Part shown: positions 27,885 through 36,533 of the stretch, one piece after another
Layout: each line of letters starts with the position of its first letter
Position numbering within the stretch: position 1 is the first letter of the stretch
NCBI GenBank assembly: GCA_046598735.1
Contig: JBKJIA010000075.1
Span: 5,930-69,929, forward strand
DNA from: Polyangiales bacterium
Lineage (GTDB): Bacteria > Myxococcota_A > Polyangia > Polyangiales > DASUME01
Length of the DNA: 64,000 nt
Direction of reading: 5' to 3'
The notes under the pieces: generated by a model
Told to the model about the DNA's origin: nothing
Seen by the model: the letters and a program-made list of their open reading frames with translations, nothing else
Database searches by the model: none
Program-made: the position numbers and the translations under genes

Positions 27885-29260
27885 GCGCGCAGCCCCGCAC
27901 GCGCCGCTCGTTGCCTATTCTCGATCAAACGAGCGCGCTGCGGCCCGATGGCGGACGCAACTTCGTCGTGCCCGCCGACGTCTCAGGTAGGTTCACGCTC
28001 TTGCGTCAAATCGTGTTCGTGCTCTTAATTGTGGTGTACGTGGCGTTGCCTTGGCTTCAAATCAAAGGACATCCCGCGGTCTTCCTTGATATTCAGCACC
28101 GCGCGTTCTACCTATTCGGCGCCACGTTCAACGCGCAGGACGTGTGGATGGCGTTCTTCCTATTGAGTGGCATCGGCTTCTTACTGATCCTGATGACGGC
28201 GCTGTGGGGCCGTATTTGGTGCGGTTATGCGTGCCCGCAGACCGTGTTCCTGGAAGGGGTATACCGCCGCGTGGAGCGCTGGATTGAGGGCCCCCGCAAT
28301 CGACACATGCTCCGCGATCGCAGTCCCCTGAGCTTCGATCGGGTCTGGCGCAAGCTACTCAAACACAGCCTGTTCATCGTGCTGTCGTTCTTGGTTGCGC
28401 ACGTGTTCCTTAGCTACTTTGTCTCTATCCCGGCGCTGTTCGACATGATGACGCAGCGCCCGAGGGAACATCCGGAAGCCTTTGCTTGGGCCTTTGGCGT
28501 GACCTCAGTCATGTACTTCAATTACGCGTGGTTTCGTGAACAGTTGTGTGTCGTGATCTGCCCATACGGTCGACTGCAATCGGTGCTCACCGATGCGGAC
28601 ACCTTACTTATCGGCTACGACACGCAGCGCGGAGAGCCACGCGGTAAGCTTACAGAGAAGGACAAAGGCGATTGCATCGATTGCGGTCGCTGCGTGGCCG
28701 TGTGTCCGACCGGCATCGACATTCGCAACGGTCTGCAGCTCGACTGCATCGGCTGCACGGCCTGTGTGGATGCCTGCGACGAGGTGATGGAAAAGATTGA
28801 TCGCCCGAAGGGACTCGTGCGCTACGACTCGCTCAACGGTCTGGCACGCAAGCCTGGGCGCTTCTTGCGACCCCGCGTATACCTGTATACCTTTTTGGGC
28901 GCGCTCGGCCTGGTGGTTGCAGGTTTCTCGCTGCAACGTCACGTGTCATTCGAAGCGAACCTGCTGCGTCTGCAGGGTGCCCCCTACCTGCTCGAAGGTG
29001 CACGCGTGCGCAATGCCCTCGAGCTGCACGTGGTGAACAAGCGTGGCGAGCCCACCACCTTCAAGCTTGCACCCGTGCCCGGTCAGGACCTCGAATACGT
29101 GATCGCTAGGCCCACTCTTACTCTTTCGTCATTCGCGGCGGAGCGCGTGCCGGTATTCGTGCTTGGCCCCAACGACGGCCGTCCACGCAAGGTGCGCATT
29201 CGCATCGACGATGGCCAGGACCCGCGCGTGGTCGAAGGCGCCTTTGTGGCCCCCCACTGA
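27881..29260 (+). CDS. ccoG: cytochrome c oxidase accessory protein CcoG/FixG (4Fe-4S, polytopic)
   Basis: TM helices, CIDCGRCVAVCP and CIGCTACVDAC ferredoxin motifs. ATGA overlap with ccoP. Confidence 0.85.
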   Translation: MSAQPRTRRSLPILDQTSALRPDGGRNFVVPADVSGRFTLLRQIVFVLLIVVYVALPWLQIKGHPAVFLDIQHRAFYLFGATFNAQDVWMAFFLLSGIGFLLILMTALWGRIWCGYACPQTVFLEGVYRRVERWIEGPRNRHMLRDRSPLSFDRVWRKLLKHSLFIVLSFLVAHVFLSYFVSIPALFDMMTQRPREHPEAFAWAFGVTSVMYFNYAWFREQLCVVICPYGRLQSVLTDADTLLIGYDTQRGEPRGKLTEKDKGDCIDCGRCVAVCPTGIDIRNGLQLDCIGCTACVDACDEVMEKIDRPKGLVRYDSLNGLARKPGRFLRPRVYLYTFLGALGLVVAGFSLQRHVSFEANLLRLQGAPYLLEGARVRNALELHVVNKRGEPTTFKLAPVPGQDLEYVIARPTLTLSSFAAERVPVFVLGPNDGRPRKVRIRIDDGQDPRVVEGAFVAPH

Positions 29261-29350
29261 ACCCGACCACGAGCACAGGCCAGCAAACAACGAAACGAAC
29301 GCGCCGACTAACCGTAAGGTCTCGACTAGGCGCTCTCAGCACAGGCTCGC

Positions 29351-30529
29351 TTAGATGCGTGACTCCAACAGGGCTCCTCGCAGCAGGTATGCGCGGGCCT
29401 TTCTGGGATCTTTTGCGATCGCTCGCAGCTCCTGATTGCGCCGTTCGGCCTCTGACTCTTTCGCAACCAAGTCGCTGTAGTTCTTGTCTGCGTTGGCCTG
29501 CACGCTCTGCACAGCCGCCTGCTTGCGTGTGGTCGCATACGCATCGAGCGCCTGAGTAAGGCCCCCCGCGCGCACGCTCTGCAAAGCGCGCGCAAGCTCG
29601 TGGGCGTCGTGGATGCCACTATTCATGCCCATGCCGCCAGTTGGATTGTTGAGATGGGCCGCATCGCCCGCGAGCAACACCCGGCCGATACGAAAGCTCT
29701 CGGCTACGCGTTGATGGACACTGTATACGCCGGCCACCTTGATCGCGAACGGCACCTCCGCGCCCAACAGGCGCTTCATGCGGGCGCGCACGGAGGCCTC
29801 GCTTTTGGCGACCGCCGGATCAGCCTGACTATCCAGGCGGAATACCGTGCGCACGAGGTCCGGGAGTTGCATCGCGATAACCCACTCCTCGGGATCGTAT
29901 AAGTAAGCGCAGCCCGCAATACCCGGGAAGTAGTCGCGAAGGTTGATGTCCGAGCCAACGAGCAAGAACTGATCGGGGTAAGTCTTACCGTGTAGCGCAA
30001 GGCCAAGCTGGCTTCTGATTGGGCTGTGTGCCCCATCGCAGGCAACCAGGTAGTCCCCCTCGAAGGTTTTCTCCCCCTCGGAAGTTTCGACGCGGATGCG
30101 CACCCCTTGCTCATCGGCTTCGAAGCCCTGCGTGCGATGCCCCATGTACAGCGTTGCTAGGCCGGTCGCCTCCAGCGCGCGTCGCAGGATGCGCGTGATG
30201 TAGTTCTGCGGACATTGCAGGCGAAAGGGATAGGGCGTGTCCTTCGCGATCAGCGCATAAGGTAGCTCCGCCAGCATCGTACGGGTCGGTCGGTCCCAGA
30301 ACTGAAGGCGGTCGATCTTATAGCCCCGATCGATCACGGCGTCGGCCACCCCCCATTCGGCGAACATCTCGAGCGTGGATGCGTGCACGGTGCTGGCGCG
30401 CATTTCATCCGAGAGCTCCGCCTCTGCCTCGAATACGCGAACCGTGACGCCATTACGCGCCAAGGATAGCGCCAACGATAGTCCAACGGGGCCCGCCCCC
30501 GAAATCAAGATCGGTTTGGAACCAGACAT
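29351..30529 (-). CDS. FAD-dependent aromatic-ring monooxygenase (PheA/TfdB/MhpA-like)
   Basis: GAGPVGLSLAL dinucleotide fold and the GDAAHLNNPTGGMGMNSGIHDA motif. Confidence 0.8.
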   Translation of the reverse strand: MSGSKPILISGAGPVGLSLALSLARNGVTVRVFEAEAELSDEMRASTVHASTLEMFAEWGVADAVIDRGYKIDRLQFWDRPTRTMLAELPYALIAKDTPYPFRLQCPQNYITRILRRALEATGLATLYMGHRTQGFEADEQGVRIRVETSEGEKTFEGDYLVACDGAHSPIRSQLGLALHGKTYPDQFLLVGSDINLRDYFPGIAGCAYLYDPEEWVIAMQLPDLVRTVFRLDSQADPAVAKSEASVRARMKRLLGAEVPFAIKVAGVYSVHQRVAESFRIGRVLLAGDAAHLNNPTGGMGMNSGIHDAHELARALQSVRAGGLTQALDAYATTRKQAAVQSVQANADKNYSDLVAKESEAERRNQELRAIAKDPRKARAYLLRGALLESRI

Positions 30530-31803
30530 TACCTTACTCCGAATTGAGGCTGCCCTGCCCCCATGATCAACATCTTTGCCACTTCAAGCCGCCCGCGCTC
30601 TGCGGGGAATGCTTGCACCAGACCCATGATAAGATCGCGCACTGCGCGTGCGACCGGGCTGATGTTCATGGTGGCGCTGGTGCCACCGCATTTGAGCGCG
30701 TCGATGGCCACGTCGAAGCAGCGCTCGGTGACGGCGCCCTTGCACATGCGCCAGTGCATGATGACCTCGTCCTTGGGCAGCAAAGCGGGCTCACTCGTCT
30801 CGAGCTCCATTTGCCTGCGTGTCCATAGGTAGGCAGTCTCCAAATTGACCCGCATCTTACCTACCAGCTCCTGATGAAACGGACTTGTGCCGATGGGCTC
30901 GCCGGTGTCTTGGAACTTGTTCGTAGTAAGGTGTTGGATCGTGAAGTCATAGACGGCTTGTGCGCCTCCAAGGTAAGCCGAAGCCGCGGCCGCCTGATTG
31001 CCGACGAAAGAGCCGCGGCTCATCTGCATCATGCGTGTGAAGGCACCGGGCACCGTGAGCGCTTCAGTGTCAGGGATGAACACATTTTCCATCACGAGCC
31101 CGTGGGTGGCACTGGCGCGCATGCCGATCGCGTCCCACTTCACGCGCTCTCGCACGCCCGCGGCATTTCGCGGCACAAAGAAGAGCGCGAGCCCCTCGGC
31201 CGTGCTGTGGCCCTCGAGCTTGGCCGTGACGAGATACTCGTCTGCAACCCCCGTAGCGCAACCGAAGCTCTTCTCACCATTCAACAGCCAGCCGCCTCGA
31301 GTCTTCTTGGCTTCGGTCGAGATCGTGATCGCGTTGCCCGCATTCTTATTGGTTTCGGAGGCAAAATTGGCCAGCCACTTGCCCTCCCTTCCCATCTTGC
31401 ACAGCACCTTTTCTGCAAAGGGTTTGACGAGCGTTACCTCCTCCGCAGAGAACAGACCCGCTTCGATCGCTTCGAGCGCGAGCAAGCCGCGCGAGGCGCT
31501 CGAACAATGAAAGAAGAAGCTCAGCGCAGTCGACGGACAGGCCTGCGACATGGCATAGGTCGCCGCCATCAGGTCGCGCAGACCGCCGCCGAGTCCTCCG
31601 TAGGCAGTGGGTATGATCAGGCCGAACAGACCGGCTTCCCGTAAGGTTGCCACGTGGGACATGGGAAACTCGCCGCTGCGATCGGCCTCGGCCGCTTTCT
31701 CGCGCAGCGCTGGCAGCACCCGATCCACGCGCGCAGCGCGGCTGATTTCGACTTCGCTCATACGCTCGAGAAAGCGCATGGCAGTTACCCTCGTCTGGTT
31801 CAT
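30529..31803 (-). CDS. acyl-CoA dehydrogenase family protein
   Basis: ACAD-like N, middle and C domains by pattern. Start is ATG 31803, which gives an ATGA overlap with the upstream gene stop. Confidence 0.7.
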   Translation of the reverse strand: MNQTRVTAMRFLERMSEVEISRAARVDRVLPALREKAAEADRSGEFPMSHVATLREAGLFGLIIPTAYGGLGGGLRDLMAATYAMSQACPSTALSFFFHCSSASRGLLALEAIEAGLFSAEEVTLVKPFAEKVLCKMGREGKWLANFASETNKNAGNAITISTEAKKTRGGWLLNGEKSFGCATGVADEYLVTAKLEGHSTAEGLALFFVPRNAAGVRERVKWDAIGMRASATHGLVMENVFIPDTEALTVPGAFTRMMQMSRGSFVGNQAAAASAYLGGAQAVYDFTIQHLTTNKFQDTGEPIGTSPFHQELVGKMRVNLETAYLWTRRQMELETSEPALLPKDEVIMHWRMCKGAVTERCFDVAIDALKCGGTSATMNISPVARAVRDLIMGLVQAFPAERGRLEVAKMLIMGAGQPQFGVR

Positions 31804-32606
31804 GGTGCAGCCCCGCGATCCACTCCCCACAACGCGTCCACGAGCTGCGCGCCAAGGTCCTGACCTAACATCTCGAAAGCGAGGTCGTTGACAGGATCGC
31901 GACGCGCGACAGTCGAGCGCACGAAACGGTCTCGCGCCAAGAGCTGCGGTCGTTCCTCGAAGGGCACCGGCTCCGCTTGGTCGACGAGCTTGATCCAGTG
32001 GTCCATCAACTTATGTGCGTGTTGGCCAAGGTCTTCGATGAGGCCGAGGTCCGTCTGCCCCGAGTAGCAGGTATGGGCGGGCGAGAGGGCCACGCGCATA
32101 TACGTGCTCTGCGAGACGAAATAAGTCAGCCGTGGGTCGTTCCGCAACTTGATAAAGTCATGATTGAGCGCTTCGTAGTTGCGGTCGACATACTCAGGAT
32201 TCGTCCACAGGTCCACACGCGGCGGCATGTCCATAAAGGTAAAGAGCTGCGGCACGGTACCAAAGACGATAGTAAGGTGCGGCACGCGCACCTGCGGTCC
32301 AAGCCAGATGTTGAGGTGCTGATTGGTAAAGCCTTCTGTCGGGTTGCCAAGCCAGGACCACATGATCCAATCGATCTCAGGGCCACTAAAGCCGTTGATC
32401 GATCCGTTGTACTTACCATCGGGGCTCTGATAACTCTTCCACTTGGCACTGCCTGCGTGTGGAGTGAGCTCGAAACGGGCCTTGAGCTTGTCTACCAGAC
32501 TCGAGAGGATGCTCCAGGTCTTCTGGAATACGGCGCTGTTGTCGACGCCCTTGCCTGCAGCATACATCTCCTGGATCGTCTTCGTCGTAGTCGGTTGAAT
32601 CTGCAT
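31800..32606 (-). CDS. red chlorophyll catabolite reductase (RCCR)-like / bilin-reductase-superfamily protein
   Basis: 268 aa. Segments IDWIMWSWLG, LNIWLGPQVRVPHL, MDMPPRVDLWTNPEYVDRNY and YFVSQSTYMRVALSPAH run parallel to plant RCCR blocks as I recall them. This is recognised from memory and not verified by HMM. Confidence 0.45.
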   Translation of the reverse strand: MQIQPTTTKTIQEMYAAGKGVDNSAVFQKTWSILSSLVDKLKARFELTPHAGSAKWKSYQSPDGKYNGSINGFSGPEIDWIMWSWLGNPTEGFTNQHLNIWLGPQVRVPHLTIVFGTVPQLFTFMDMPPRVDLWTNPEYVDRNYEALNHDFIKLRNDPRLTYFVSQSTYMRVALSPAHTCYSGQTDLGLIEDLGQHAHKLMDHWIKLVDQAEPVPFEERPQLLARDRFVRSTVARRDPVNDLAFEMLGQDLGAQLVDALWGVDRGAAP

Positions 32607-32662
32607 GGCCTGCTCCTCCGGAATTTCTGCGCGCCCATAGGAACGGCGCGCGCAAGCGCCGT

Positions 32663-32678
32663 TGCAAAGCCGATGCCG
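32663..32678 (-). promoter_or_regulatory. candidate sigma-54 promoter for RCCR-like/ACAD/monooxygenase operon
   Basis: Minus strand reads CGGCAT-CGGCT-TTGCA with correct spacing. Predicted TSS is about 46 nt upstream of ATG 32606. Confidence 0.5.
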
Positions 32679-32731
32679 GATTCTACCGATCGGTTTCGCT
32701 CGGGAATTTCGCGGCAGGTTCAGGAGGCGCT

Positions 32732-32746
32732 GCGCACGAACTGCGT
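32732..32746. promoter_or_regulatory. near-palindrome GCGCA-CGAAC-TGCGT (candidate EBP site)
   Basis: One arm mismatch. Sits between the two divergent sigma-54 promoter candidates at 32663 and 32886. Confidence 0.35.
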
Positions 32747-32885
32747 GCAGCCCATCCAGTCACGCAAGACTCGCGCTGCGACTACGAACCTTACTGTGAC
32801 TGGGCACGCCATCCTGTGATGGGGGCAGCGGCACCGCGCACGGCCGCAACCGTGCATCGCCGGTTTCAGCGCGAGCCCGGCCTCT

Positions 32886-32901
32886 TGGCGCGGCTCCTGC
32901 A
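32886..32901 (+). promoter_or_regulatory. candidate sigma-54 promoter for USP-CBS-USP genes
   Basis: TGGCGC-GGCTC-CTGCA with correct GG-N10-GC spacing and two mismatches. Lies 72-87 nt upstream of GTG 32973. Confidence 0.45.
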
Positions 32902-32972
32902 ACAGACGGCAGCAATGGGCGCGGGCAACGACTTCGATGGAGTCGTTGTCAGCCCTTCGAGAAGGAGGCACT

Positions 32973-33407
32973 GTGGCAACCATCAAAAAAATTCTAAGCC
33001 CCGTCGATTTTTCCGACGCGGCCTGGCCCGCTATCCGTGCTGCGGAAGCGTTGGCCCACGAAACCGGGGCGGAGCTCACGCTCCTTCACGTCGTCGAGGA
33101 TGCATCGTACGCGTTCCCAGAAGGGGGCTATCTCTCGCCTCGCATCATCGAAGAGTATGAAGCGGCCATGGTCGCCAAACTGTCTGCGCTCGCCGCCGGG
33201 CTGCGCACGGACATCGCAGTGAGCGCGCGGACCGTGCACGGCGTCCCTTATCAAGCCATTGTCGACGCGGCAGAAAAGGAACACGCGAGTATGATAGTCA
33301 TGGGCACGCACGGACACAGTGGGCTGTCCCATCTATTTCTGGGAAGCGTGGCCGAGCGTGTGGTCCGTCTATCTAAAGTGCCGGTCTTGACGGTACGCAC
33401 TGCATAG
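32973..33407 (+). CDS. universal stress protein (UspA family)
   Basis: KKILSPVDFSD...MGTHGHSGLSHLFLGSVAERVVR...VPVLTV. GTG 32973 is preceded by GAAGGAGG. Confidence 0.85.
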   Translation: MATIKKILSPVDFSDAAWPAIRAAEALAHETGAELTLLHVVEDASYAFPEGGYLSPRIIEEYEAAMVAKLSALAAGLRTDIAVSARTVHGVPYQAIVDAAEKEHASMIVMGTHGHSGLSHLFLGSVAERVVRLSKVPVLTVRTA

Positions 33408-33441
33408 TAGCGTTTGCGCAAGCTACGCGGAGGGTAAGGAG

Positions 33442-33867
33442 ATGACTATGGAACAGACCGTTGGAGACATCATGACGAAGGCTGTGGTCACCCTCCTCGA
33501 GGAGGAGAGTCTCTCGCAGGTCCGTGCGAGCTTGCCCCGCTATCGCTTCCGCCACCTGCCCGTAGTCGACGACGGTAAGGTCGTGGGCATGCTCAGTGAA
33601 CGTGACATGTTGCGCGCCACAGTGGCGGGCGTCGATGTTAGCGCCGCGGCCCACGCCCGTGAGGAGCGCTTCCTCGAGCGAGCTTTCGTGCGCGATCTGA
33701 TGCAGACCAAAGTCGTGACGGTACGTGCCAGCGATTCGCTCAAGCAGGCCGGCAAGCTCATGCTCGAGCATCGGATAGGTGCGCTGCCCGTGGTAGATGG
33801 CGACAACAACTTGCTCGGCATCGTCACGGAAAACGACCTAGTTCGGACGATCGTTGCCGCGCCCTGA
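33442..33867 (+). CDS. CBS-pair domain protein
   Basis: Two CBS repeats (VGDIMT...HLPVVDDGKVVGMLSERD and DLMQTKV...GALPVVDGDNNLLGIVTEND). Confidence 0.85.
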   Translation: MTMEQTVGDIMTKAVVTLLEEESLSQVRASLPRYRFRHLPVVDDGKVVGMLSERDMLRATVAGVDVSAAAHAREERFLERAFVRDLMQTKVVTVRASDSLKQAGKLMLEHRIGALPVVDGDNNLLGIVTENDLVRTIVAAP

Positions 33868-33883
33868 AGAAGGTCCGTTTTGT

Positions 33884-33924
33884 GATGCGAAGCAGAGCTC
33901 CTGTTTTCGCATGTGCTTCGCATC
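33884..33924 (+). repeat. perfect 11-bp inverted repeat (GATGCGAAGCA ... TGCTTCGCATC), stem-loop
   Basis: Read directly. 19-nt loop and no U-tract. Lies between the CBS stop and the next USP start. Confidence 0.5.
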
Positions 33925-33962
33925 GTAAGAGACAACGTTCAGCCTGAGAGGAGGCCGCGATC

Positions 33963-34403
33963 ATGGGCAAAAAGATACTGGTAGCGCACGATTTTTCGGA
34001 CCCAGCTAAACGAGCGCTGGCTTTCGCCGTCGACCTGGCCTCCGTCCTGGGCGCAAGCCTGGAGGTGGTGCATGTGCACCAGGACGTCTACAGCGGTCGC
34101 GGCGACCCGGCGCTTGGCTTACCCTGGCCGACCGCGAACCAAGAGGAGCGCTACCTACGTTTCCTCGATACCGAGCTAGAGCGCGTGGTGCGCGAGGTGG
34201 TAGGCGACGACGACATCGCGGTCAAAAGGCATGTCGTACGCGGTGAGCCAGTCAAAGCGATCGAGACGATGGCCGCCGAACTGGGCGCGGACATGATCTG
34301 TCAGGGATCCACGGGCAAAGATGCCGTCGCGCGCTTGCTGCTAGGCAGCGTGTCCCAGAGGCTGTTGCGCACCAGTAAGGTACCCGTTCTGACCGTTCAT
34401 TGA
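33963..34403 (+). CDS. universal stress protein (UspA family)
   Basis: KKILVAHDFSD...GSTGKDAVARLLLGSVSQRLLRTSKVPVLTV. Confidence 0.85.
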   Translation: MGKKILVAHDFSDPAKRALAFAVDLASVLGASLEVVHVHQDVYSGRGDPALGLPWPTANQEERYLRFLDTELERVVREVVGDDDIAVKRHVVRGEPVKAIETMAAELGADMICQGSTGKDAVARLLLGSVSQRLLRTSKVPVLTVH

Positions 34404-34502
34404 TCGGGCTAGCGCTCGTTCATCCAAACAGTAAGGCGGCGCCCAGAGCGCTACCTCGACTGAACGCGGAAGCCAGCGCCTCCTTGGCCAGTCGTCAAGT
34501 GA

Positions 34503-34940
34503 TCACTCGGGGACGTGCACACTGAGCACCGGCACGGTCGCCGTGCGCACCACGCGTTCGGCGGTACTGCCCAGCAGAAAGCGTCGAAAGCCACTGCGAC
34601 CATGGGTCCCGATCACGATGAGCTCGGCGTGAATCTCCTGCGCGCGCTCGACGATGGCTTCCGCTGGCTGTCCTTGCCGCAGGACCGTCGTTACCGCTAC
34701 ACCGCGACCACGCACGCTATCGCGCAAAAGGTCGAGAGCACCCTGCGCACTATTGGTAAGGTTCGTAATAAAGGTGGGGCTGACCGTGACCGGAGCATCC
34801 GGCAAGGCCATGACCGGCAACTGGTATGCGTGAAACAGCTCGACTTCGGCCTGCATGGCTTTCGCCAGCTCCTCGGCCTTCGCCAGGGCCTGCTCGGAGC
34901 CCGTGGAAAAATCGACGGGACATAAGATCTTCTTGGTCAC
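34503..34940 (-). CDS. universal stress protein (UspA family)
   Basis: KKILCPVDFS...IGTHGRSGFRRFLLGSTAERVVR..VPVLSV. GTG start in a GTGA overlap with the upstream EBP stop. Confidence 0.85.
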   Translation of the reverse strand: MTKKILCPVDFSTGSEQALAKAEELAKAMQAEVELFHAYQLPVMALPDAPVTVSPTFITNLTNSAQGALDLLRDSVRGRGVAVTTVLRQGQPAEAIVERAQEIHAELIVIGTHGRSGFRRFLLGSTAERVVRTATVPVLSVHVPE

Positions 34941-36397
34941 GGGGAATTCCTTTCGCTTGGATGATCGGATTGGGGCTCACCATCCTCGGCAAAGGCACCC
35001 GTCAGGCCCCACTCCTTGAGGCGATACTGAATCTTACGACGGCTGATGCCAAGCATCTCGGCGGCTCGTGCAGTCGAACCGTCAACGGCTTCCAAGGTCT
35101 GCAGGATGGCCATGCGCTCGAGCTCCGCCATGGCAACGCCAGGGATGAGCAGGCTCGCCTCCTGGAGAGTCTCGCCTCTAGCGCCTGGCAAAAGCTCAGG
35201 TCCGATCTGGGGACCGCGACACATCACCACGGCCCGCTCCATCGCGTTCTCGAGCTCGCGCACGTTACCGGGCCAGGGGTAAGCTAGAAGAGCACGCAAC
35301 GCATCGTCGCTGAAGCCTTGGATGGTGCGAGCGTTCTCGGCCGTGAAGCGACGCAGGAAGTGCTGCGCCAGCAAAGGAATGTCGCTCCTACGCACGCGCA
35401 GGGGCGGCACCTCGAGCTGCACGACATTCAGGCGGTAGAACAGGTCCTCGCGAAACGCGCCATTCTTGACTCTTTCCTTCAGGTCGCGATTGCTCGCAGC
35501 AACGATGCGAACGTCAACCGTAAGGGTCTCGTTGCCGCCTACACGCTCAAACTGCTTCTCCTGCAGGAAGCGCAACAGCTTGATCTGAATAGAGGGTGGG
35601 ATCTCGCTCACCTCATCGAGGAATAGGGTGCCACCATCCGCTTGCTTAAAGCGCCCCTCCCGACGCCCGGTTGCGCCGGTGAACGCGCTCTTCTCGTGAC
35701 CGAAGAGCTCTGATTCGAGCAGGCTCTCTGCGAGCGCTGCACAGTTCAAACGGACGAATGGTTTGTTCCTGCGCGGAGAATTCTGGTGGATCGCCGCCGC
35801 AATCAGCTCCTTGCCCGTGCCGCTCTCGCCATGGATCAACACGGTAGCGCGACTGGGCGCCACCTGCGCTATCGTCTTGACGAGCTGCTGCATGGACGGG
35901 TGATCGCCGAGGATGTTGCCCATGCTGAATCGTTCATCAAGACGCTTTCTAAGTTCGCTCGCCTCCCGCGACAGCTTGGCCTTTTCACACGCGCGACCCA
36001 CCAACGCGGAAACCGCATCGAGGTCGAGCGGCTTGGTAAGGTAGTTCTCCGCGCCGGCTTGAATGGCCCGCACTGCGGTATCGATGGATCCAAACGCTGT
36101 CATCACCAAGAAGGAAGCGTGTGGAACGCGGGGCTTACCCATTTCGAGCAGGCCAAGCCCATCGAGCACGGGCATCTTGAGATCAGTCAGCACCACATCG
36201 GGCCCAAAGGACTCGAGCATCTCGAGCGCCTGCTGGCCGTCCGCTGCCACGTCCGTGACGTAACCTTCGTCGCGCAACAGCTCTGCCAAGGCATTGCGTG
36301 CGTTGGCTTCGTCATCGACGACCAGCACACGACCTCGATCGCCGTTCAAAGGAGGAGCGGACTCGACAACATGGGGCATGGCTCGCGAGGCTTGCAT
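34937..36397 (-). CDS. sigma-54-dependent response regulator (NtrC family), paralog A
   Basis: REC (VLVVDDEANARNA...LTDLKMPVLDG), AAA+ (GESGTGKE, GAFTGA-type loop, ESELFGHEK) and a Fis HTH. The start may be the internal ATG at 36379. Confidence 0.9.
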   Translation of the reverse strand: MQASRAMPHVVESAPPLNGDRGRVLVVDDEANARNALAELLRDEGYVTDVAADGQQALEMLESFGPDVVLTDLKMPVLDGLGLLEMGKPRVPHASFLVMTAFGSIDTAVRAIQAGAENYLTKPLDLDAVSALVGRACEKAKLSREASELRKRLDERFSMGNILGDHPSMQQLVKTIAQVAPSRATVLIHGESGTGKELIAAAIHQNSPRRNKPFVRLNCAALAESLLESELFGHEKSAFTGATGRREGRFKQADGGTLFLDEVSEIPPSIQIKLLRFLQEKQFERVGGNETLTVDVRIVAASNRDLKERVKNGAFREDLFYRLNVVQLEVPPLRVRRSDIPLLAQHFLRRFTAENARTIQGFSDDALRALLAYPWPGNVRELENAMERAVVMCRGPQIGPELLPGARGETLQEASLLIPGVAMAELERMAILQTLEAVDGSTARAAEMLGISRRKIQYRLKEWGLTGAFAEDGEPQSDHPSERNSP

Positions 36398-36414
36398 CTT
36401 CTGGTCGCACTCAA

Positions 36415-36430
36415 AGCAAAGCCCGTTCCA
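36415..36430 (-). promoter_or_regulatory. candidate sigma-54 promoter for EBP-A/USP operon
   Basis: Minus strand reads TGGAAC-GGGCT-TTGCT, one mismatch. Predicted TSS at about 36404 favours the ATG 36379 start. Confidence 0.5.
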
Positions 36431-36459
36431 AGCAGAAAACCCCGAATTTGCACGAACCG

Positions 36460-36474
36460 GCGCAAATGGTGCGC
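36460..36474. promoter_or_regulatory. palindrome GCGCA-AATGG-TGCGC (candidate EBP site)
   Basis: Perfect arms. Lies between EBP-A and the divergent sigma-factor gene, 30 bp beyond the -24 element. Confidence 0.45.
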
Positions 36475-36533
36475 GAGAGACCGTCGACGGTGAAAGACCT
36501 GCGCGTACCCGTCAAACGAGCGGTCTCCCGACG

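Noticed and set aside
31977-32819. 280-aa plus-strand ORF antisense to the RCCR-like gene. Similar long antisense ORFs occur at 30874..31644, 35786..36493, 40881..41510, 44051..44890, 45649..46329, 55064..55735, 56340..56870 and 58618..59508.
   Set aside because: These are typical high-GC shadow ORFs. Their composition is Arg/Ala/Gly/Pro-rich with no recognisable domains, and each fully overlaps a gene with clear family signatures on the other strand.
36402-36418. Sigma-54-like sequences with wrong spacing: TGGTCGCACTCAAAGCA (36402), TGGGTCGACATTGCA (37431..37445) and TGGCACCCCCTCCTGCA (41554..41570).
   Set aside because: The GG-to-GC distance is off by one nucleotide in each case. Spacing is essentially invariant in functional sigma-54 promoters.
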